Origin: Mustelus asterias
Taxonomy: Eukaryota
Assembly: GCF_964213995.1 (NCBI RefSeq)
Contig: NW_027590142.1
Location: 1 to 64,000, forward strand
Length of the DNA: 64,000 bases
Direction of reading: 5' to 3'
Position numbers and translations under genes: made by a program. The notes beneath the pieces are model-generated. The model made no database searches. It had not been told where the DNA came from and worked only from the letters and a program-made list of their open reading frames with translations. Position 1 is the stretch's first letter. Each line of letters starts with the position of its first letter. Of the stretch, positions 1-11,934 are shown piece after piece.

Positions 1-593
1 CTTATCCTGGTGCCTCTCATTCTCTCTCTCACCCAGGTCAGAAGGTCACAGATTTGTGTAACCTGTTCCTGAGATTCGAGCTGCTGTAACAGGTTCTCCC
101 AGGGGTCCCTCAAATCGTCTCTGAAATTTAAGTTCCCTGGCTGTGTGTTGCATCGTGCCTTGTGGGATCTTGCTGTGCAGTCACCATCTCTTCCTACAGA
201 ACGGCAGGAGGGAACATCGAAAGGAGGGAATGATTTAGCTCCTGTGCTTGTTCTGGGTTGTCCCAGTCTGCTCTGAATCAACACAGCAGCTTCCTGTTTT
301 CAAAACACAGTCACTGCTGTTCACCTGGGAAACCCGGCAGGCACTGCACACAGCAGATCCCACAAACTGTCGGATAACCACCAAATGTTAGGCTGTTTGA
401 AGGATAAAGATCAGCCCTCGGAAACCAGCGGGAGCTCTCCTTCGCTCCATCCAGTAGTGGCGGTGGGATTTTACTATCCACCTGACACAGCAGTGAGTGA
501 GGAGGGGGGGAGCTTGGTTTCACTTCCTCAGCACTGACAGCTGGAGGCAGGTGATTGACAGCGTAGTGTGTGCAGCTGTCTGTGTGCCCACCT

Positions 594-1250
594 GGGCAGC
601 ATGGTGGCACGGTGGTTAGCACTGCTGCCTCACAGCGCCAGGGCCCTGGGTTCGATTCCAGCCTTGGATAAATCATAGAATCCCTACAGTGCAGAAAGAG
701 ACCAATCGGCCCACCGAGCCTGCACCAACAACAATCCCACCCAGGCCCTATCCCCATAACCCCACGTATTTACACTGATCATATCCCCGACACTAAGGGG
801 CAATTTAGCACGGCCAATCCACCTAAATCGCACGTCTTTGGAGTGTGGGTGGAAACCGGAGCAACTGGAGGAAACTCTCACAGACACGGGGAGAATGCAC
901 AAACTTCACACAACCTGAGGCTTGATTTAAACCCAGGTCCCTGGTGCTGTGAGGCAGCAGTGCTCCCCATTGTGCCGCCCGTGTCTGTGTGGAGTTTGCA
1001 TGTTCTCCCCGTGTCTGCGTGGGTTTCCTCCAGAGGCTCTGGTTTCCTCCCAAACTTCAAAATGTGCTGGTTAGGTGGATTGACCATGCTAAATTGCTGC
1101 TTTATGTCACAAAATATGTGGATCAGGGCGATTAGTGGGGTAAATATATGGGGTAACGGGAATAGGGCCCGGGTAAGATGCTCTGTCAGAGAGTCAGTGC
1201 AGACTCAAAGGGCTGAATGGTCTCTTCTGCACTGTAGGAATTCTATGATT
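594..1250 (+). mobile_element. HE1-like tRNA-derived SINE (594-670 + 981-1250) split by a nested SINE
   Basis: GGGCAGCATGGTGGCACGGTGGTTAGCACTGCTG head with A/B boxes (GGTTCGATTCC); body resumes at 981 (GTCTGTGTGGAGTTTGCA); CR1-like TTCTATGA tail. Confidence 0.8.
671..980 (-). mobile_element. HE1-like SINE nested in opposite orientation
   Basis: Reverse complement of the same SINE: tail at 671, head at 980. Confidence 0.8.
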
Positions 1251-1279
1251 TTGTCTGTGAGCAGGCACGCTTGCGTCTA

Positions 1280-1380
1280 TGAGTGAGTGTGTGTCTGTGT
1301 GGGTGTACACGCATTTCAGTTCATGTGTGTGTGTGTGTGTACCTGTGTGCGAGCACATACACATTTGGTGTGTGTGTGTC
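1280..1380. repeat. Imperfect (TG)n microsatellite
   Basis: Direct reading. Confidence 0.85.
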
Positions 1381-1436
1381 TGCTTTCGCTTTATTTAATG
1401 ATTGTGTTTGAGTCGTTCCTCTTTATGTGTGTTTGT

Positions 1437-2330
1437 GGGGGGAGGGGGGTGAGGGGAGGGGGGTGAGGGGGGTGAGGGGAGGGGGGGGGTGAGGGAGGGG
1501 GGGGTGAGGGAGGGGGGGGGTGAGGGGAGGGGGGGTGAGGGGAGGGGGGGGTGAGGGGAGGGGGGGGTGAGGAGAGGGGGGGGGAGGGGGGGGTGAGGGG
1601 AGGGGGGGGGAGGGGGGGGTGAGGGGAGGGGGGGGGAGGGGGGGGAGGGGGGGGTGAGGGGAGGGGGGGGTGAGGGGAGGGGGGGGTGAGGGGAGGGGGG
1701 GGTGAGGGGAGGGGAGGGGGGGGTGAGGGGAGGGGGGGGTGAGGGGAGGGGGGGTGAGGGGAGGGGAGGGGGGGGTGAGGGGAGGGGGGTGGTGAGGGGA
1801 GGGGGGGGGTGAGGGGAGGGGGGGGTGAGGGGAGGGGGGGGTGAGGGGAGGGGGGGGTGAGGGGAGGGGGGGTGAGGGGAGGGGGGGTGAGGGGAGGGGG
1901 GGGTGAGGGGAGGGGAGGGGGGGGGAGGGGAGGGGGGGGGAGGGGAGGGGGGGGTGAGGTGAGGGGAGGGGGGGGTGAGGGGAGGGGGGGGTGAGGGGAG
2001 GGGGGGTGAGGGGAGGGGGGGTGAGGGGAGGGGGGGGTGAGGGGAGGGGAGGGGGGGGGAGGGGAGGGGGGGGGAGGGGAGGGGGGGGTGAGGGGAGGGG
2101 GGGGTGAGGGGAGGGGGGGGTGAGGGGAGGGGAGGGGGGGGGTGAGGGGAGGGGAGGGGGGGGTGAGGGGAGGGGGGGGGGGTGAGGGGGGGGGTGAGGG
2201 GAGGGGAGGGGGGGGTGAGGGGAGGGGAGGGGGGGGTGAGGGGAGGGGAGGGGGGGGTGAGGGGAGGGGAGGGGGGGTGAGGGGAGGGGAGGGGGGTGAG
2301 GTGAGGGGAGGGGAGGGGGGTGAGGGGAGG
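1437..2330 (+). repeat. G-rich tandem repeat, unit ~GGGGAGGGGGGGGTGA
   Basis: About 0.9 kb of only G/A/T with recurring GTGA spacers; source of the spurious proline-rich ORFs. Confidence 0.95.
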
Positions 2331-2524
2331 TGGTCACTAATCCTCCCCCTCCCCATTCTGAGACCACACCCGAAGCAGGAGTGAACCGAAGAGGCCGGAG
2401 GTGAATCGATAACCTCGAGGTGAGTGAGGAAACAGTCAGTGTGAGTTTGATGCTGCTGTGAAGAATGTGTCATGTCTTTTCACTGATTCTGTAACTGTGG
2501 AAATAAAGAGTTTCAGCAAAATGG

Positions 2525-2680
2525 GATAAAAGCAAATTACTGCGGATGCTGGAATCTGAAACCAAAAGAGAAAAAGGTTTGTCAAAGGGTCATCCAGACT
2601 CGAAACATCAGCTCTTTTCTCTCCTGACAGATGCTGCTAGACCTGCTGAGATTTTCCAGTGTTTTCTCTATTGCTTTCAG
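2525..2680. mobile_element. Penelope-like element terminal-repeat fragment with degenerate hammerhead
   Basis: AAAGCAAATTACTGCGGATGCTGGAATCTGAAACC repeat also at 44445 and 48740 and inverted at 24170-24265; GGGTCATCCAGACTCGAAAC core. Confidence 0.6.
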
Positions 2681-3639
2681 CAAAACGGGGCCTCTGTAAA
2701 ATGACAGCAGACAAAACCGAGACTCAGATTTCACTGACTCCACCAGCTTAAAACTCTCCTGTTCCACTTTAAACTCTGCAGCACTCTCACCTTTTCTCTC
2801 CCACAATATTCAGGCTTCAGTAACCCGAGCTGGTGGTTAAATAACCGTTCCCTATTTGCTGACTCATTTCACCATCACTCCTATTCTTCCAGCGCAATCC
2901 CAATCCCCACTTCCACTGCTGAAGAACACTAACAGACATCCCTCCCTCCGTGTTCAACTCTTCAATGTTCACCTTTTCAGTTGGGAAGGGTTTCAATTGA
3001 GAATCATAGCACATCCCATTTCCACCTCCTCGTGGTGTCTGGACCAGATCAGGTGAATTTTCCACTAAAAGCTCTGTTTAATCCTTCTCCCCAAAGTCCA
3101 GCATCTACAAGGCACAACTCTCGTGTCCAATTGAATAAGCTCCAATTTTCTGACTTAGTGCAGCTCCAACAACTCAGGAAGCTCAACACCATCCAAGACA
3201 AAGCAGCTTGATTGGCAATCCTCCTACAAACATCTACTCCCTCCAACACTGACTCACATGGCAGCTGTGTGTACCACCTACAAGATGCACTGCAAGCACT
3301 CACCAAGGCTTCTTTGACAGCATGTTGCAAACCCGCAACCTCTAGCCCCTTGGAGAAGGGCAGCAAATGCCTGGGAACATCATCACCTGCACGTTCCCCT
3401 CCAAGTCACTCACCATCTATACTCAGAGATTGATCACAATGTGAAATTCACTGCCACAGGAACTAGCTGGACAACTCATAGTTTAAAAAGGAAATGTGAT
3501 GAGTACATGAGGGAAAGGAGATTAGAAAGATGAGCTGAAAGGCTGAAATGAGGGAGATGGAATGGGAGGTGTCTTGTGTGAAATATAAACCCCAGCACAG
3601 ACTAGTTAAAACGAACAATGTCTTTCTGGTCTGGATATT

Positions 3640-3952
3640 CATAGAATCCCTACAGTGCAGAAGGAGGCCATTCGGCCCATTGAGTCTGCACCCACCACAA
3701 TCCCACCCAGGCCCTCTCCCCATAACCTCGTGCATTTACCCTAGCTAGCCCCCCTGACACTCAGGACAATTTAGCATGGCCAATCCACCTAACCCACACA
3801 TCTTTGGACTGTGGAAGGAAACCGGAGCAAACCCATGCAGACACGGGGAGAATGTGCAAACTCCACACAGACAGTGACCCAAGCCGGGATTCGAACCCGG
3901 GACCCTGGCATTGTGAGTCAGCAGTGCTAACCACTGTGTCACCGTGTCGCCC
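3640..3952 (-). mobile_element. HE1-like SINE
   Basis: Full-length reverse copy with tRNA head and CR1-like tail. Confidence 0.85.
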
Positions 3953-5239
3953 AAGAATGAGAGAATTCTCTGTGATTCAATGTAATCTCTGACCGGTTCT
4001 TGATCAGTAAGTTCCACCATTTGCACTGCACCGGTCAGAGTATAACCTGATGCTGAGTAATCACACTGAGATTCTGTCATGTGTAAAATTACAAATTGCA
4101 ACATTGTCATTGAAATTGGTGCACAGAAATTTTCATCAATCAGATCCACTCTCAAAAATGTTCTCCCAAACAACGCACTCTCTCAGATCTTTTCAGCAAG
4201 GATCCACTTCCAGGATTTCAATCTCTCCTTTCACTATTCTTCTGCCTCAGATTATCACATGCACTCAAGCTTCCACACAATCTCTCAGGTACCCAGCCAT
4301 ATCAACAGAACACCACTGTTTCACAGGTAGTACCAAAGTCCCAACCTTAGGATTACTTCAGATTCTGGCTTTTTGCCAGCCAACTTCACCAGGTGTGTTG
4401 CCTTGAACTGGAAGCCTCTCTCTACCCCTTTCTTTAACTTCAGGGAACAGTATCTTGTTCAGATTCCCTTTGACTTCAGTTTTCCTCAGACTTTTTTCAT
4501 TCCCTGGTTTCTGGAACTATCTGTTCTTCAACTTCTGGGACTTTCTTTCTTGCCCTTACTCCATTGTTCTGCCTAATGGTTCTGGCAGTTTCCTCTTCAG
4601 CTAACTCAAAAATTATTTCTGACCCAAAATGGCCACTGGTTGCCAAGTCTTTCCTTACCTCGTCTTTCCTTATGTGTGTTTTCACATTGTAAACTCTCTG
4701 AATACAATACAGGCACAGTTTGAAATGAAACCAAAACCCCATACATGCAAACACCTTTATTTAACATTAATCTATGAAAGTTTTAACCCTTCTGTATACA
4801 GAAACACCGAATTAAACTCACTTAAATGTATATCTTATTTCTAATATCCAACAATAAAAATATAGGTTACTAAATCGACTGCTTGACAGAGAGAAACTAA
4901 AGAAAGATGAGTTTAGGGTTGGGCAAATTGTTAGACACAGTTTGACCCAATGGAAGCGAGGGAAACAGCAGAGGCAGCTGATCAGACTGTCTCAATCTTA
5001 GTGACAAAGGAGCTCCATGAGCTCCTCAGACTTGCTGTTGTAGGTGAGGATGGAGGAGAGAGGGAGGATCCTTCAAAAGGAACTAAAACAGAAAATGCTG
5101 GAACGGTATGTGTTGTCTGCAAAGCGCACAATAAACAATACTTTTCACTGGATCCCAATCCATGCGACAATAATAAATCAAACAAAAAATCAGATCAAAA
5201 TAAGATACTGCAGATACTGGAAATCGAACCTCAAAACTG

Positions 5240-5495
5240 AGTGGATCTCTTCCCAAACTCAGAGCAGGTGAATAGCCTCTCCCCAGTGTGAACTCGCTGG
5301 TGTACAGGGATTCCCTGAACCACGTCTCACAGTAAAAGCAGCTGAATGGTCTCTCATCAGTGTGAACACGTTGATGAGACATCAGTTCTCTACAGCTTTT
5401 ATAGCAGTTCTCACAGTCTTGGCATTTAAAAGGTCTCTCCCCAGTGTGAAGCGGGGGTGGTTGGAGGGTAGATTATGGAGTGAATCCCTTCCAAA
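5240..5495 (-). pseudogene. C2H2 zinc-finger fragment
   Basis: [17 protein letters not shown] followed by frameshift. Confidence 0.7.
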
Positions 5496-6010
5496 AGTGT
5501 CCTGGACCAGAACCCATAAATTATGTTCGGAAGCCAGATTAGATCCAAACAAAGTTTTCTATTTTGGCATAAATGTGAGGATAGGATGCTTCACTCCAGG
5601 AGTAATTCCACTGACAAATTAGGAATCTTTCATGGTAAAACAAACTTTATTTAACAACAGCTTAAATATAATTCCAAAAAATGAAGCAGCTTAACTATTA
5701 ACAGTTGAACAATATTTAAAAGTGAAAGGAAACAACTTTAATTTCTAATTTAGCACAATTTCAGTTCCAAATATGCAACATTCCTCAGAGATGTAGATCC
5801 CACTTCAATTACAGTTAGAAACCATAAATATACTTGCTATAATGAGTATAGACTGTCCTGAAGTTTCAGAGAGAAGACAAGTCTTAGAGCAGCTTGTAGA
5901 AACCCTCCATCTTCAAACAGCCCCCCGGTGTGCTTCCAGCTCTGACGGGTAACTGAAACTCTCCTCACAGTCTGCACATTTTCATGGTTTCTCCCTAATT
6001 TGAAATCCAA

Positions 6011-6850
6011 TCACAACTTGTGAATTCGCTGGTGCGTCAGAAGATTCGATGAGGTAACGTATCCCTTCCCACACTGCAAGCAGGTGAATGGCCTCTCCCC
6101 AGTGTGAACCCGCTGATGTATTGCTAGTTTAGATGTCTGATTGAATCCCTTCTCACACACAGAGCAGATGAATGGCCTCTCCTCTGTGTGGATTCGCTGG
6201 TGTATTGCTCGGTTGGATGAGTGATTGAATCCTTTCCCACACACAGAGCAGATGAATGGTTTCTCCCCAGTGTGAACTCGCTGGTGTGTCAGCAGAGTTG
6301 ATGACCGACTGAATCCTTTCCCACACACAGAGCAGGTGAATGGCCTCTCCCCAGTGTGAATTCGCTGGTGTGTGAACAAGGTGGCTGACTGAGCAAATCC
6401 CTTTCCACACTGGGAACAGGTGAATGGCCTCTCCCCAGTGTGAACTCGCTGGTGTTTCAATAAAGTAGATGAGTCAGCAAATCCCTTCCCACACTGGGAG
6501 CAAGTGAATGGCCTCTCCTGAGTGTGAGTTCGCTGGTGTATCAGCAGAGTGGATGAGTGAGAAAATCTCTTCCCACATTCAGAGCAGGTGAACGGTTTCA
6601 CCCCAGTGTGAACACGCTGGTGTATTGCTAGGTTGGATGACTGATTGAATCCCTTCCCACATTGGGAGCAGGTAAACGGCCTCTCCTCAGCATGAGTCCT
6701 CTGGTGTATATGTAAGCTGGATAACTGAGTGAATCCCTTCCCACACTGAGAGCAAGTGAATGGCCTCTCCCCAGTGTGACTGCGTCGATGAGTTTCCAGC
6801 AGGGATGGGTAATTGAATTCCTTCCCACAATCCTCACACTTCCATGCCAT
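6011..6850 (-). CDS. C2H2 zinc-finger protein, 10 fingers, 279 aa
   Basis: Intact ATG-started ORF with CxxC-x12-HxxxH and TGERPF linkers; exon acceptor TTTCACAG at 7075. Confidence 0.85.
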   Translation of the reverse strand: MAWKCEDCGKEFNYPSLLETHRRSHTGERPFTCSQCGKGFTQLSSLHIHQRTHAEERPFTCSQCGKGFNQSSNLAIHQRVHTGVKPFTCSECGKRFSHSSTLLIHQRTHTQERPFTCSQCGKGFADSSTLLKHQRVHTGERPFTCSQCGKGFAQSATLFTHQRIHTGERPFTCSVCGKGFSRSSTLLTHQRVHTGEKPFICSVCGKGFNHSSNRAIHQRIHTEERPFICSVCEKGFNQTSKLAIHQRVHTGERPFTCLQCGKGYVTSSNLLTHQRIHKL

Positions 6851-8429
6851 CTCCCTGTTGTGACTGCAATTATGTTTCCAAAGGCCAGATGATTGGTTGA
6901 AGTCTTATCCACAAACAGAACACATGTACAGTTTCTCTCCACTGTGAACGGTGCTTTTTTCTTCCAATTTCAAAATACAATGATATTCAGGTTACAGTAA
7001 ATTGGCCGACTCATCAGATTCTGATATCATGTTTTGTTTCAGTTTCTCAACTGCAAATCTTCTTCTTGTAAACCCTGTGAAATTGATTTAAAACAGAAAA
7101 AAGTGAGTGAGAAAGAACCCACAAAAACACAAAGGTGGGTTGTGGAATTGAGCTGAATGCATCTGCTAATTTGTGGGGCCGCGGTGAGGAAAGGGTAACC
7201 AAGAAAGCTGCTGGATTGTCATACAAACCCAGCTGGTTCACTGATATCCTTCAGGGAATGAAACCTGCCAGAAGGTCTGGGTCTACACAAGACTTTGGGA
7301 GGAGATAGAGAGAAGTAGGAGTGGCCGGGGTGAAGGCAAGGGATTTTATACATCTACAACTTGACAAGAACTTTGACAGAATCTCACAAACCCTCAACTC
7401 CACCAACTCGAAGGACCAAGATAGCAGATGGATATAAACACCATCACCTCCGAGTTCCTCCAACCCACACACCATCCTGACTTATCTGACTTCCAGTACT
7501 AAACGAACAGAAATTTATTTCATATAAATACTGGGAAGACTGAACCCACTGTCTTCAGTCCCCTCTCCAAACTCCACTCCCTCGCCAACAACTCTATCCC
7601 TCTTCCTGGCAACATGTCTGACCTGAACCAGGCTGTTCACAATCCTGGTGAAATATTTCACCCAAAGATGAGCTTCCAGCCACATATCCAGATCATCATC
7701 ACTATTTCCATCTCAGTGACATCGCCCGACTCCACCCCAGTCTCAGCTCATCTGGAATTCTCATCCATTCCATTGTGATGTGAAACTCAGGGGAATGGGA
7801 ATATAGAGGGGGAATGGGACTGGCTGAATTGCTCCAAAGAGGGTTGGCATGGATTTGAGTTGCCAAATGGATTCCTTCTATGTTGTAATGTCTCCATCAG
7901 TGGAAATAGGTAACGTTGACACAGTGCCTTTTATATATCAAGACAAGAAATAGGGAATCATAAATAACATAGCACGTACCATATAACTACATTAAACATA
8001 TCTCTGTCCCAAGCGAATTTACTGTTCATTTAAACTGCCTTCTCCTGGGAAAACTCCCCCTTTAATTGTGAACATTAGGTAAGAGGCTATCCTATTAGCC
8101 AGATAAATAGGTGCGACATCCTGAGGGAGTCAAAAGATGTCAATATCTTTGAGAGAGAAAGAAAAATATACCTGGGTCTCGTCCTGCTCCTAATGCCCGA
8201 TGTTCGTCTGTAATAGTTCCAGTCTGCAGCCTCCCTAAATTCACTTCCTCTCCCTTCAGTTGCTGCAAGTGCCCAATTTCCCCCAGAATGAGAAAAGAAA
8301 TGGAAAGGGGGAAACATTGATTTCCTCCCAGATGTTACACAGAGGAGGGAGTTTCACTCTGAAAATCATCAACAAACTTTTGCTTTGTGACGTCAATGGA
8401 GGCCTGCCTATATCAGCCAATAGGAATCA

Positions 8430-8770
8430 GTCTGCACCGCAGTGACATCCTCGGGTTCCAGTGCGCAGGCCTGGGCGCGCGGACACGGGAGTCCCGCCCC
8501 CACCCCACCTATTGTTCCCCCTCCCTCTGCACCTCCTCGAGCCAAGGTTTCCGGGCAACCGGCTGGCGGCTCCGGCCAGAGCGAGAAGCCGCTCGGTGAT
8601 CTCCCCCTCCCCCCTCTCTCTACGGCGGCTGCTGCTCCAAAAAGAGATCGAGAGCGACCGCTGGCGGCAGCCGCACTGCGCCTGCTCCGGACAGCTCGGC
8701 TCAGCAGCGCTCTCTGCGCCTGCGTGCTGGGCTGCCCGCTGAGGGAGTGGGGGAGGGGACTTTGCAAAAT
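8430..8770. promoter_or_regulatory. CpG-rich, probably bidirectional promoter
   Basis: High CpG, CCAAT and GC boxes, between divergent ZF arrays; paralogous (inverted) to 40840-40990 and 49140-49340. Confidence 0.6.
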
Positions 8771-8835
8771 CTCTTCCCATCATTTTCTTCCAAGTCCCGC
8801 AGTTTGATTTGAAACAGAACAGCTTCTGTTTGTAG

Positions 8836-9096
8836 CTTCACCACAGACTCCAACTTCACACACAGACTCAAACTTCACACACAGACTCAAACTTCACCAC
8901 AGACTCAAACTTCACCACAGACTCAAACTTCACCACAGACTCAAACTTCACACACAGACTCAAACTTCACACACAGACTCAAACTTCACCACAGACTCAA
9001 ACTTCACCACAGACTCAAACTTCACCACAGACTCCAACTTCACCACAGACTCAAACTTCACACACAGACTAAAACTTCACCACAGACTCAAACTTC
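8836..9096. repeat. 18/19-bp minisatellite TTCAC(A)CACAGACTCAAAC, ~14 copies
   Basis: Direct reading. Confidence 0.9.
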
Positions 9097-9954
9097 ATCC
9101 TCTGGACAACATCTGTGAGGAAAACACTTTCTTTCTCCCCCTGGGAATTACAGAGAGTTGTGGGACTCTGGAACTGGAATTAGAGCTAAATATACTGAGG
9201 GGGAAATGTTTGTGATTTTGTGGAACCTGTTTTTATTGTCTGAGCTTTTTAAAGTGTAATTTATCTTGTGCATTCAAATAATGTTTCTTTGCATGATTTA
9301 GTGATGCTGGTTTTAAATTGATTTGTAAAGTATTTTTTAAAATGTGAAACCTTGTCCTTCAGTATTCCATTGGAACTTTCTGAAATTTGTTTACTTTTTA
9401 GATTAGTAACAACAGAGATATATCTTGTGTTCATATATTTGGTATATTTATGTTTCGGTAATAAGATTCATTGTTTTATTCTTGTAATACAGCATGTCGT
9501 TACGTTATATAGTTCCAGTCAAAGAGACATTACAATTCAGAAAGATTGCTTTTAAAATCTGGAGTAAATATAGTTTTCTCAAATCTCCTTCCTATCACCT
9601 CTCTAATTAAGAAATGCGGCACTGTATACCACATGTTTTTAGTCCAGTTATATTCAAAATTATCTGTTCTGAATTTCTATCCAGTACTGACGGTGATGAC
9701 TTTTATCAATTCCTTTTACAGGATAATGGAGGGGAGGATTGACAGATTGAAATCTCAAAGGAAACATCAAGTGAAGAATTAACAGAATTGTTCGATTATT
9801 GGGACCAGGATATCATCGGCATTTGAGTCCAGGAGAAATGTTTCTCTCTTCTATCTGCTTCAAAAGATCTTAAACATTGGTGTAACACACACACACACAC
9901 ACACACCAACCGCAACTGATCAGCAAACCTGGAGAGATACAAGGACACTGGCAC

Positions 9955-10700
9955 CATGGAGAAAATGTGGACACTGTGGAAAGGGATTCAGATTCCCGTC
10001 GGAGCTGGAAATTCATCGGCGCAGTCACACTGGGGAGAGACCATTCACCTGCACTAAGTGTGCAAAGGGATTTACGAATTCATCCGATGTAATGACACAC
10101 CAGCGAGTTCACACAGGGGAGAGGCCGTTCATCTGTTTGCAGTGTGGAAAGGGATTCTCTCGCTCCTCCAACCTCCGGATACACCAGCGAATTCACAGTG
10201 GGGAGAGGCCATTTACCTGCTCCAAGTGTGTGATGAGTTTCAGTCGGTTATCAGTTGCAGACACACCAGCGAGTTCACACTGGGGAGAGGCCATTCACCT
10301 GCTCTGAATGTGGAAAGAGATTCTCTCTCTCCTACAACCTACAGATACACCAGCGAGTTCACACCAGGGAGAGACCGTTCACCTGCTCTGAGTGTGGGAA
10401 AGCTTTCGCTACTCCATCTGACCTGCTGAGACACGAGCGAGTTCACACAGGGGAGAGGCCATTCAGCTGTCTCGAGTGTGAGATGAGATTTAATCGATTA
10501 TCTCACTTGCAAACACACTAGCGAGTTCACAACAGGGAGAGGCTGTTCAGCTGAATGAGAAAGCATTCATTGATTCATCCAACCTTCTGACACACCAGTG
10601 TCTTCATGCTGGGGAGAGGCCATTCACTGGGTCTGTGCAGGATGGTATTCACTCAGTTATCCAATCTGTTCAGATACCAGTGAGCTCACAAATGATTACA
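9955..10700 (+). pseudogene. C2H2 zinc-finger pseudogene
   Basis: Fingers spread across frames (10092, 10255 ORFs) with stops; acceptor TTTTACAG at 9721. Confidence 0.8.
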
Positions 10701-10786
10701 GGGACTGGATTCTGCTGTTATTGCTGCTGTTATTCACATCCAGAACTGAACCATGTTCACTCTGACAGTTTTATGTTTATTCAGTG

Positions 10787-11130
10787 TGGGACATGGGTGT
10801 CGCTGGTCAGCATTTATTGCCCATCCCTAGTTGCTCTCGAGAGGGTAGTTGAGTGTCAGTCACATTGCTGTGGCTCTGGAGTCACATGTCGGCCAAACTA
10901 GGTGAGGACGACAAATTTCCTTCCCTAAAGAACGTTAATGAACCAGATGGGTTTTTCCGACAATCAACAGCGGTTTCATGGTCATCAGTAGATTCTCAAT
11001 TCCAGATTTTTTTATTGAGGTCAAATTCCACCATCTGCCGTGGTGGGATTCGAACCCATGTCCCCAGAACATTAGCTGAGTTTCTGGATTAATAGTCTAG
11101 CGATTGTTCCACCAGGCCATCGCCTCCCCA
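10787..11130 (-). mobile_element. tRNA-derived SINE, second family
   Basis: B box GGTTCGAATCCC on minus strand; body shared with partial copies at 7195-7270, 53225-53345 and 55195-55290. Confidence 0.65.
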
Positions 11131-11813
11131 AAGTGGGACGGTCGGACGGTTTCTTTCTGCGGGACTGACCAGTCTCAGGATTTAGCTTCCAGTGGGCTGA
11201 AGCTCTTTGAGCTGCTCCGCCATTCAATATGATCATGGCTGTTATTAATATGTACAGCAAATTGTAATCTTCTAAATAGGATATTCAGATGGTGATACAT
11301 TTTCATTTCTTCCTGAGGAAGAGGTTTGTGTCTATCTAATCTTTCCTGTTTTACAAATTAACTTTGAGCTTGAGAATTAGTTTTTAAAAAATGAAAAATC
11401 TGGGTTGAGAATCTGGTAAAAACACCCTAAGAGAATTCGCAATCACAAGGTGTGGCCCATGTTGATTTGAGGAGTCACAGCTGGAAGGATAAGAACTGTA
11501 AAAGGGCAGCTGGACTCTTCCTCTTTGAGTCACAGTGAGACATTTCTAATTAAATACACAGAGGGAATTCCCTCAGTTTTGACATGTTCATTCAAAAAGA
11601 TTGCAAGTAATTTGATATCGAAAAAAACAGCCACGGGGTATTTGATTATTGTAGATGCTGAAAATCACATTTTCTACTGTGAAAATCAGCTGGAAGTAGC
11701 ACAATTAACGCAAGATTTGGGACATTTAAGCTCTTATTGAGCAGAGTACAGCAGCTAATGCTGTAAAAAGGGGGCTGGGCTCAGCCTCTTTTAGCAGGAG
11801 ACCTGGAGACATT

Positions 11814-11934
11814 GGCCGGAATTTTACCGGCCTGCCCGAGGCTCGTAGGATGGTGCCCGAGGGCAATGGAGAATTCCATTCTGTGAGCCTTGTCCACCTG
11901 AATTTGGGGCGGGCGTGCCGGTAAAATCAGGGCC
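11814..11934. mobile_element. MITE with terminal inverted repeats and 3-bp TSD (Harbinger-like)
   Basis: GGCCGGAATTTTACCGGC ... GCCGGTAAAATCAGGGCC flanked by ATT on both sides. Confidence 0.65.

Noticed and set aside
594-670. SINE heads as real tRNA genes
   Set aside because: They continue into SINE bodies and lack a full cloverleaf
1391-2473. Proline-rich and glycine-rich ORFs; resemblance to an Ig switch region
   Set aside because: Translation artefacts of the G tract; no AGCT motifs and no Ig constant exons nearby
8836-9096. CACAG repeats as RSS or CRISPR-like array (also 25204-25440)
   Set aside because: No nonamers and no unique spacers; simple tandem repeats
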